In this document: in pieces, positions 56,988-64,000 of the stretch | Layout: each line of letters begins with the position of its first letter | Numbering within the stretch: position 1 is the first letter of the stretch | Assembly (NCBI GenBank): GCA_965231125.1 | Contig: OZ246414.1 | Span: 448,137 to 512,136 of the forward strand | Reading direction: 5' to 3' | Length of the DNA: 64,000 nt | DNA from: an uncultured Gammaproteobacteria bacterium | Lineage (GTDB): Bacteria; Patescibacteriota; Microgenomatia; Woykebacterales; RBG-16-39-9b | Notes under the pieces: generated by a model | Told to the model about the DNA's origin: nothing | The model's database searches: none | The model's input: the letters and a program-made list of their open reading frames with translations, nothing else | Translations under genes and position numbers: made by a program

Positions 56988-57099
56988 TAAACCTCCTTAG
57001 TTGGTAAATATAGCTGCGGCAGAAAAGCGAATGGGCGGTTTTCGAAGGACGTTATTTATTAGATTATCAGGAAAATTTTAGCTAGTCAAGGGGTATTTA

Positions 57100-57175
57100 T
57101 GGCGGGTCCGACCGGACTCGAACCGGCGATCTCCTCTTCGACAGAGAGGCATGTTAACCGCTACACCACGGACCC
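57100..57175 (-). tRNA. tRNA-Asp (anticodon GTC)
   Basis: Reverse complement: GGGTCCG acceptor, anticodon loop CTGTCGA, TTCGAGT T-loop, CCA encoded. Confidence 0.85.
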
Positions 57176-57243
57176 ACTAGGAGCACGTACTCTACCAAAT
57201 TTCTCCCGCCTAGTCAATGTTAGTAATGATATAATTAAAAAAG

Positions 57244-58941
57244 ATGAAAAATGAATTTACAAACAAAAATATCGCAGATTTGCTAAGAAATGTCTCGGCT
57301 GTCTATCAGTTAGAAGAATCCAACCCTTTTCAAGTGAGGGCTTACGATTTAGCTGCGGATTCTATAGAGCACACCAGTAGCGAAATAAAAGAGGTTTGGG
57401 AGAAAGGTAATTTGGATCAAATTCCTCGGCTTGGTGAGCATATTCGGAAATATATTGGCGAATTGTTCAGAACAGGCAAGGTAAAACACTTTGATAAAGT
57501 TTTATCTTCCGTGCCGGAGAGTATGTTTGAGTTTCTTAAAGTTTCTGGAGTAGGGCCTAAAACAGCCTACAAACTTGCAGATGCAGGTGTTGTTAGTATT
57601 GAGGATCTTGAGCGCCGCATTAAAAGTGGCTGGCTCGCGAAAAAAGGGTTCAGTGAAAAAAATCTCCAAAACATTCTTGGCGGGGTAGAAGAGTTTAAAA
57701 GAAAATCCGATCGAATACTGCTTCCGGTTGCGGCTGAGGCTGCAAAAAAAATTATTGATTATTTAAAAAAAGATAAAAGTGCGGTCGCGGCAGATTCATT
57801 AGGAAGCTTAAGAAGAAAGGTTGCGACTGTCGGTGATATAGACATCTCAGTCGCCACACACGAACCCAAAGAAGTCATCGAACACTTTAAAAAATATCCA
57901 GGTACGAGCCGGGTTGTTGAGTCCGGGGATCGCACGGCCACTATATCTTTAAGGGACGGGACTCGGGTGGATTTAATGGTTCAACCACCGGAGCAATACG
58001 GATCACTTTTGCATCATTTTACCGGATCAAAAAACCATAATATTCACATGAGATCGATTGCGCGAGAAAAAGGCTACTCTATTTCCGAATACGGAATACA
58101 AAAAATAAAAACTGGTGAGAGTATCAAATGTGCCACTGAAGACGACGTTTATACTCTTTTTGATATGCAGACCCCGCCACCCGAGTTGAGGGAAGATACT
58201 GGTGAAGTAGAAGCTGCGCTAGCTCATAATTTACCGAAGTTAATTAAACTTTCGGGTATTAAAGGAGACATGCAGACTCATTCTGTATGGAGCGATGGAC
58301 AAAATACAATTGAGGAGATGGCTCTTGCTGCAAGTAGGTTGGGTAGAGAGTATATTGCGTTGACAGATCATTCTTACCCAAGTACAGATTTTAACAAGAG
58401 GTTAAAAGAGATAGAACAATTTAATTACTCCCAAAATAAAATTCGAGTAATTTCTGGACTCGAAGTTAATATAAATGTGGATGCAAGTTTGCAAGTTACT
58501 GATGACGTGCTTGCAAAACATGAAGTTGTTTTGGTTTCGATTCACACCAGCTTTCGCCAACCAAAAGAAGAGATGACCAGGAGGATTATTAAAGCTTTAG
58601 AAAATCCTTACGTGGATATATTTGCCCATCCGACCGGGCGTCTACTTCTTGAAAGAGAAGGGATAGATGCCGATTGGGAGAAGATATTTAAAACTGCAGT
58701 AAAGTTTAATAAATTTTTAGAGATTAATGCTTCTACTGACAGACTTGATCTACCTGATAACTTAATAAGAGAAGCAAAACGCTGTGGAGTTAGATTTTCC
58801 ATTGGTACGGACTCGCATCAAGTTGACCAGCTTTCTCTTATGGAGTACGGTGTGGCGAACGCCCGGCGGGGTTGGGTCGAGGCGAAAGATGTAATTAATA
58901 CCTTGTCATATAAAAAAATAAAGGATATACTGTATTTATGA
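57244..58941 (+). CDS. polX: DNA polymerase X family protein with C-terminal PHP phosphoesterase domain
   Basis: Hh[12 protein letters not shown], Pol-beta-like nucleotidyltransferase region, PHP motifs (HSVWSDGQ...LTDHS); 565 aa. Confidence 0.75.
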   Translation: MKNEFTNKNIADLLRNVSAVYQLEESNPFQVRAYDLAADSIEHTSSEIKEVWEKGNLDQIPRLGEHIRKYIGELFRTGKVKHFDKVLSSVPESMFEFLKVSGVGPKTAYKLADAGVVSIEDLERRIKSGWLAKKGFSEKNLQNILGGVEEFKRKSDRILLPVAAEAAKKIIDYLKKDKSAVAADSLGSLRRKVATVGDIDISVATHEPKEVIEHFKKYPGTSRVVESGDRTATISLRDGTRVDLMVQPPEQYGSLLHHFTGSKNHNIHMRSIAREKGYSISEYGIQKIKTGESIKCATEDDVYTLFDMQTPPPELREDTGEVEAALAHNLPKLIKLSGIKGDMQTHSVWSDGQNTIEEMALAASRLGREYIALTDHSYPSTDFNKRLKEIEQFNYSQNKIRVISGLEVNINVDASLQVTDDVLAKHEVVLVSIHTSFRQPKEEMTRRIIKALENPYVDIFAHPTGRLLLEREGIDADWEKIFKTAVKFNKFLEINASTDRLDLPDNLIREAKRCGVRFSIGTDSHQVDQLSLMEYGVANARRGWVEAKDVINTLSYKKIKDILYL

Positions 58942-59486
58942 TAATGTGGGTAGTTGTCGCAGTTATTGTAATTATAGTAACCTATATTTGGAGCGCCTAT
59001 AACAGTTTAGTTACTAGTCGAGTGAGGGTGAAAGAAAGTTGGAGTGGTATTGATGTCCAGCTCAAAAGAAGAAGCGATTTGATACCGAATCTAGTCGAGA
59101 CAGTGAAAGGTTATGAGAAACACGAGAAAGAGGTATTCGAAAAAGTTACCCAAGCGCGAAGTGCTCTTCTAAGTGCCGGAGACGCTAAAGAAGCCGCCGG
59201 TGCAAATAATATGCTTACGGGAGCATTAAAATCTCTATTTGCTGTGGCCGAGGCTTACCCAGAACTCAAAGCATCAGATAATTTTAGGGAGTTGCAGGAA
59301 GAATTATCCGATACAGAAACTAAAATTGCCGCCTCCCGTCAGTTTTATAACACTAATGTTTTAGATTACAATACAAAGATTCAAGTATTTCCGAGTGTTT
59401 TCATAGCAAACCTCTTAGGTTTTAAGCCAGAAGCTTTTTTTGAAGCTGAAGGTGAAGAAAAAGAGCCTGTCAAAGTAGATTTTTAA
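58938..59486 (+). CDS. lemA: LemA-family protein
   Basis: N-terminal TM then [30 protein letters not shown], typical of LemA. Confidence 0.75.
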   Translation: MIMWVVVAVIVIIVTYIWSAYNSLVTSRVRVKESWSGIDVQLKRRSDLIPNLVETVKGYEKHEKEVFEKVTQARSALLSAGDAKEAAGANNMLTGALKSLFAVAEAYPELKASDNFRELQEELSDTETKIAASRQFYNTNVLDYNTKIQVFPSVFIANLLGFKPEAFFEAEGEEKEPVKVDF

Positions 59487-59487
59487 G

Positions 59488-60417
59488 ATGGTCTCAAATT
59501 TAGTTAAGATCTTTGCAGGTTCTGCTCATCCTGATTTATCCAAGCAAATAGCAAAAAATATCGGTAAACGCTTGAGTGAGTCTAAATCCGATCTTTTTCC
59601 CGATGGCGAATGGAGTGTTTGGATAAACGAACCGGTAAACAACGCTCAGGTTTTTGTTGTTCAATCCACTAGTCCGCCGGTAAATTCCAATTTAGTAGAA
59701 CTTTGCCTTATTGCCGATGCTCTTCGTCGTGAAGGAGCACGCCGAATTTGCGCAGTCATTCCCTATTTTGGTTATGCCCGTCAAGAGAGGCAATCTCGGA
59801 CAGGGGAGCCAATCAGTGCTAAAGTAGCGGCGGATATTTTGGTGGATTCTGGGATAACAAAAGTAATTACAGTAGATCTTCACGCCGAACCAATCGTCGG
59901 TTTTTTTAATGTCCCCGTAGTTCATCTTTCCGCTTTAAAACTTTTAGCCCAAAGAATAAAGAGATTGAGTTTGAAAGATCCAGTCGTAGTTTCACCAGAT
60001 GTTGGTGGGGTCCGCCGAGTCCGCAATTTTGCCTACCATTTAGGTTATCCAATTGCCGTAGTAGAAAAACGCCGCTTTTTTGAACAGAGGGACAAAACCG
60101 AAGCTATGACCATGGGTGGCGATGTTGTTGGAAAATCGGCTATAATTTTGGACGATCTTATCTCTACCGGTGGGACAATAGTTGAGAACGCGAAAATTTT
60201 AAAAGATGCTGGAGTTAAGAAAGTAATAGTTTGCGCCACTCACGCTGTTTTTACAGGTAATTATAAAGAAAAATTAGGGGATGATATTGTCGAAAAAGTT
60301 ATTGTTACGGATACGATTCCAGTTCCAGCCGAGAAAAGATTTAAAAAGTTAGAAGTAGTCTCCTGTGCCAATCTTTTGGCCGAATCCATAAAGCAAGATT
60401 ATATCTACAATAGATAA
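59488..60417 (+). CDS. prs: ribose-phosphate pyrophosphokinase
   Basis: KIFAGSAHPDLSKQIA start, PRPP-binding DLISTGGT motif. Confidence 0.9.
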   Translation: MVSNLVKIFAGSAHPDLSKQIAKNIGKRLSESKSDLFPDGEWSVWINEPVNNAQVFVVQSTSPPVNSNLVELCLIADALRREGARRICAVIPYFGYARQERQSRTGEPISAKVAADILVDSGITKVITVDLHAEPIVGFFNVPVVHLSALKLLAQRIKRLSLKDPVVVSPDVGGVRRVRNFAYHLGYPIAVVEKRRFFEQRDKTEAMTMGGDVVGKSAIILDDLISTGGTIVENAKILKDAGVKKVIVCATHAVFTGNYKEKLGDDIVEKVIVTDTIPVPAEKRFKKLEVVSCANLLAESIKQDYIYNR

Positions 60418-60478
60418 AAGGCTTGATGGTTCGTCATTGTTTAATTAAGTTGATCAAACCTAAAGGGTTATTTACTAC

Positions 60479-60509
60479 TTGATTTGTCTCATAGTCAATT
60501 TGTATAATC
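60479..60509 (+). promoter_or_regulatory. sigma70-like promoter before the pyrF-like gene
   Basis: TTGATT, 18-nt spacer, TATAAT; strong SD GGAGGTG before the ATG at 60561. Confidence 0.3.
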
Positions 60510-60560
60510 TCTGAGAACCAAACAATTTAATAACCGCGGCTCGTCGGTAGTGTTGGAGGT

Positions 60561-61295
60561 GTGAATATGTCCGAAATAATCTCCCAAGATAGGAGTTTGA
60601 TCCCTGCGGCGGATCTTCTTTCAGTCAGAGAGCTTCCCGATCTTCTTGAGGCAGTCAAACCAGTCAAACTGGTCAGTGCGATTAAGACAGGGTTTACTCT
60701 GGCCTTCGACAACCTGCGGGAGGTAGTTCAGATAATCCGGGAATTTAACCCTCTCTGGAAAGTTATCTACGACCACCAGAAGGCAGGTTGCGACATTCCT
60801 CGGAACGGCGAAAAATTCGCCTACAAAATGACAGAGGCCGGCGTCGATGCGGCGATTATTTTTCCCTTGGCAGGAGTAGAAACCGAGATGGCTTGGATAA
60901 AGGCTCTCCAGGAAGTTAAAATTCCGGTTATCGTTGGTGGTGAGATGACACACGAGGGATTCTTTGTAAGTGAGGGTGGTTTCATCGCTGATAACGCTCC
61001 AGAACGTATGTTCAATGTCGCTGCTAGTATGGGGGTGCGGAACTTCTTCCTGCCAGGTAATAAGCCGGACAAGATTGAAGTATATCAACGCCTGCTCTCC
61101 CAATTCACGCATGGGGAAGACTTCAGCATCTATTCATGCGGGTTTGTGACACAAGGGGGCGACATCACTGAGACCGGTAAGGTTGTTAGAAGAAAATCCC
61201 ATTACGTACTTGGAGAGGCTGTTTACAAGGCGGGTGGGTTAGAAGCAATGCGAGCAGCAGCTGGGAAGGCAGCATCACAAATTCTAGCTGCTTAG
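60561..61295 (+). CDS. pyrF: orotidine-5'-phosphate decarboxylase-family (OMPDC suprafamily) protein
   Basis: K...D.K..DIP pattern (YDHQKAGCDIPRNG) and TIM-barrel length of 244 aa; GC-shifted relative to its neighbours. Confidence 0.45.
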   Translation: MNMSEIISQDRSLIPAADLLSVRELPDLLEAVKPVKLVSAIKTGFTLAFDNLREVVQIIREFNPLWKVIYDHQKAGCDIPRNGEKFAYKMTEAGVDAAIIFPLAGVETEMAWIKALQEVKIPVIVGGEMTHEGFFVSEGGFIADNAPERMFNVAASMGVRNFFLPGNKPDKIEVYQRLLSQFTHGEDFSIYSCGFVTQGGDITETGKVVRRKSHYVLGEAVYKAGGLEAMRAAAGKAASQILAA

Positions 61296-61308
61296 AAGGA
61301 GGTTTTGA

Positions 61309-61929
61309 ATGGTTGGTATCGAAGAAATCCAACTTCTCAAACGGGCAATCGAGCAGTATGCCATAGATAAACGGGGGGAGTTTGACCTCAGCTCGGGAAA
61401 TAAGACCAACTACTACTGTACACTACGCAACGTAACTCAGCGCCCTGATTATGCCGAGATAATCGGGGAACTCATGGCCCCAGCAGTTATCGCCTCAGGC
61501 GCTCAAGGTGTGGGCGGCATGGTTCTTGGTGCGGTGCCGATAGCACAGGCGATTGGGGCGGCGGCGAAGAAGGGAGGCTTTATCATCCCTGGTTTCTCCG
61601 TTCGCCCAGAACCTAAGGACCACGGATCTGAAGAACAAAGCGGAGTCTCGGCTTCAGTAGCAGCGGATGGTGGCATTCTGTTGAGGGAAGGACGAAGATT
61701 GGCGGTGGTTGAGGACACAATCACCACGGGCGGTTCCGCCTTGAAAGCCATAGAGGCGGTTGAGAGTTTGGGTTGTCGTGTCGTTCTTGTCCACGTAGTA
61801 GTAGAGAGACATGAAATGGGAGGCCACAGATTCCGAGAGCTGGGAGTCCCTTTCAAAAGACTGTTCTACACCGATGAGAGAGGCCAGCTCTATGTTGATC
61901 AGGAACTCTCTCAGATGGTCAATACGTGA
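61309..61929 (+). CDS. pyrE: orotate phosphoribosyltransferase-like type I PRTase
   Basis: RPEPKDHGSEE and VVEDTITTGGSALKAIEA PRPP-binding motif, as in PyrE; GC-shifted. Confidence 0.55.
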   Translation: MVGIEEIQLLKRAIEQYAIDKRGEFDLSSGNKTNYYCTLRNVTQRPDYAEIIGELMAPAVIASGAQGVGGMVLGAVPIAQAIGAAAKKGGFIIPGFSVRPEPKDHGSEEQSGVSASVAADGGILLREGRRLAVVEDTITTGGSALKAIEAVESLGCRVVLVHVVVERHEMGGHRFRELGVPFKRLFYTDERGQLYVDQELSQMVNT

Positions 61930-62076
61930 ACGGGAGAAGGGAAATCGCGTGGTTGTGGTTTCGCGCAAGCGACTACGACCACGCGGTATCCACATATCAT
62001 CTTTATCAGCTTTTAGTTATTACATTAGCAGAAGAATACTCGTAAAGTTTATATAATTTTGTTAGAATAGCTTGTT

Positions 62077-63015
62077 ATGAGTGCAGTACCGACAGTTTAC
62101 AATCAAATTTCGGCAAATAGATTCAAAACACTATTAATAATGTTTCTTTTTTCAGCTTTTGTGGTTGGCGTCGTCTATATCTTTGCAAGAGCATTTGGTT
62201 ATCAAGGGCCCGGAATTTTAGGTTTTGTCGGGTTTGCTTTAATTTTTGTTGGAGTTTCCAATCTTGTGTCCTATTACTACTCTGATAAAATGGTTCTGGC
62301 TCTTTCGGGAGCTCAAAGAATAGAGAAAAAAGATTCTCCCGAAGTTTACCGTATTGTCGAGAACCTTTCAATTGCAAACGGTACCCCAATTCCAGCCATT
62401 TATATAATTGATGATTCCGCGCCAAATGCTTTTGCGACCGGCCGAGACCCGACCCACGCGGCTGTTGCTGTTACGAGTGGTCTTCTTAGTAAGTTGGAAA
62501 AACTTGAACTCGAAGGGGTTATCGCGCATGAGCTTTCCCACGTAAAAAACTACGACACTAGGCTCATGGCAGTAGTTTCTATTTTAGTTGGTACAATTGC
62601 ACTTCTAGCCGATTTTTTCTTAAGAATGACGTTTTGGGGAGTTCGGGGTCGCAGCCGAGATAACGAAGGGCAGGCAGGAGCAATTTTCCTGGTAATCGGC
62701 TTAATTTTAGCAATACTTTCCCCGATTATTGCCACGTTAATTCAACTTGCGGTTTCCCGAAGACGAGAGCTTCTAGCGGATGCCTCTGGGGCTTTACTGA
62801 CACGTTACCCAGAAGGGTTGGCCAAAGCGTTAATTAAAATATCAAACGACAAAGACCCTCTTGAAGTGGCTAATAAAGCGACAGCCCATTTATACATTGC
62901 CAATCCTTTTAAGGACGATCATGGTGCCGTCGGCTGGTTTTCAAATTTGTTTAATACTCACCCACCAATTGAAGAACGAGTTAAAGCCCTGAGGGAAATG
63001 GAAGGTTCTGTATAA
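62077..63015 (+). CDS. htpX: HtpX-like M48 zinc metalloprotease
   Basis: Two N-terminal TM helices, HELSHV HExxH motif, further TM segments; 312 aa. Confidence 0.8.
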   Translation: MSAVPTVYNQISANRFKTLLIMFLFSAFVVGVVYIFARAFGYQGPGILGFVGFALIFVGVSNLVSYYYSDKMVLALSGAQRIEKKDSPEVYRIVENLSIANGTPIPAIYIIDDSAPNAFATGRDPTHAAVAVTSGLLSKLEKLELEGVIAHELSHVKNYDTRLMAVVSILVGTIALLADFFLRMTFWGVRGRSRDNEGQAGAIFLVIGLILAILSPIIATLIQLAVSRRRELLADASGALLTRYPEGLAKALIKISNDKDPLEVANKATAHLYIANPFKDDHGAVGWFSNLFNTHPPIEERVKALREMEGSV

Positions 63016-63332
63016 TGCAAAAGGAAAAAGTAAAAAGTCAAAAAATAACAAAAGGAGATGTAGAACATGTAGCGAAGCTTGCGAATATTAATATTACCCA
63101 AAATGAGGAAGAAAAATACTCTAAAGAACTCTCAGAAGTAATAAATTACAACATGAGACATCTGGAAGGGATTAACACCGAGGCTGTTATTCCTACGGCC
63201 CACTCTACAGGTGAAACCTCAATTACGCGGCGAGACGAGACCGAGGAAGGTTTGAGTCAGGAAGAGGCTTTAATAAACGCGCCTAATACCCACAACGGTT
63301 TCTTTAAAGTGGATCATATATTTGGAGAATAA
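63015..63332 (+). CDS. gatC: Asp/Glu-tRNA amidotransferase subunit C
   Basis: [29 protein letters not shown] typical GatC; immediately precedes gatA. Confidence 0.75.
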   Translation: MQKEKVKSQKITKGDVEHVAKLANINITQNEEEKYSKELSEVINYNMRHLEGINTEAVIPTAHSTGETSITRRDETEEGLSQEEALINAPNTHNGFFKVDHIFGE

Positions 63333-63335
63333 TAA

Positions 63336-64000
63336 TGGATTTGCCTTCGTTAACAATTAAAGAGGCCCGTGAAGCTCTCAAAAATAAAAAAATATCCTCT
63401 AAAGAACTAACAACTGCTATATTAAACAGAATTAGCAATATTGAACCCAAACTTGACTCTTACATTACTATAACTTCGGAACTAGCTTTAGAACAAGCCA
63501 AAAAAGCCGATGAAATAATATCGACCGGGCAAGAAGTGTCGCCCTTGATTGGAATCCCGGTAGCTATTAAGGATGTGTTTGTTACAAAAGGAATTCGGAC
63601 CACTTGCGCCTCTAAAGTTCTTGAGAATTTTATCCCCCCTTACGACTCCACAGTTTACGAAAAATTGCTAGATGCTAGGTGCGTCACGTTGGGTAAAACA
63701 AACATGGATGAGTTCGCTATGGGCGGCTCTACTGAAAATTCCGCGTTTAAGATAACAAAAAACCCGTGGAATGTAAAGAAGGTTCCGGGAGGATCGTCCG
63801 GTGGATCGGCTGCCGCCGTGGCAGCGGATATGTCGGTCTATTCAGTTGGTAGCGACACTGGGGGAAGTATTCGTCAACCAGCCGCGTTTTGCGGGATTGT
63901 TGGTTTGAAACCGACTTACGGAAGAATTAGTCGCTATGGTTTAGTGGCAATGGCTTCCTCTTTAGATCATCCCGGCCCAATAACGAAAACAGTTGAAGAT
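63336..64000 (+). CDS. gatA: Asp/Glu-tRNA amidotransferase subunit A (amidase), 5' portion; runs off the window end
   Basis: Translation from the ATG at 63336: [26 protein letters not shown]...[13 protein letters not shown] amidase signature; no stop before 64000. Confidence 0.85.

Noticed and set aside
61503-61995. Antisense ORFs (117 and 113 aa) over the pyrE-like gene
   Set aside because: They are a typical artefact of a GC-rich segment (few stop codons on the antisense strand) and overlap a motif-supported PRTase gene.

Overview
This window is AT-rich (about 40% GC by eye) and densely coding, mostly on the + strand. It looks like a small-genome, probably uncultivated bacterium; the Patescibacteria/CPR-like compactness is inference only. 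In order: sucD-sucC, an IMPase-family gene and a GlmU-like nucleotidyltransferase on the - strand. Then a near-complete dcw cell-wall/division cluster: mraZ-rsmH-ftsL-ftsI-murE-murC-murB-(paralog A)-murA-(transglutaminase-like)-(FemAB-like)-murI-murF-mraY-murD-(paralog B, - strand)-ftsW-murG-(FtsQ-like)-ftsA-ftsZ. After ftsZ comes an accessory island with a VapBC-like pair, a DUF4258/DUF2283-like pair, and three more members (C, D, E) of a five-copy family of membrane-anchored proteins. These five proteins keep conserved N-terminal/linker parts and a conserved extreme C-terminal tail (...STFKFL) around a variable core. Then pyrG, a MerR-family regulator divergent from a KGG-repeat stress protein, ileS, rodA, rplU-rpmA, parB, lepB and tRNA-Val. 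Then guaB-purA and a pur operon, purH-purN-purD-purF-purL(with a PurS-like N-terminal extension)-purQ-purM. The purQ 3' end and purM 5' end are replaced by a perfect roughly 296-nt inverted copy of an internal purH segment. Then a flippase and O-antigen-ligase pair, a surface protein, tRNA-Thr, tRNA-Gly, a LysM protein, tRNA-Asp, polX, lemA, prs, a GC-shifted pyrF/pyrE-like pair, htpX, gatC and the start of gatA. No rRNA, CRISPR array, transposase or integrase was recognised. Regulatory signals seen in the sequence include a 10-bp-periodic AGTGG-box array in the mraZ leader, a 24-bp perfect palindrome present twice with a compensatory arm change, an 8-bp tandem array, nested-hairpin elements flanked by TGTCAT/ATGACA, and several near-consensus sigma70-like promoters abutting start codons (possible leaderless mRNAs).
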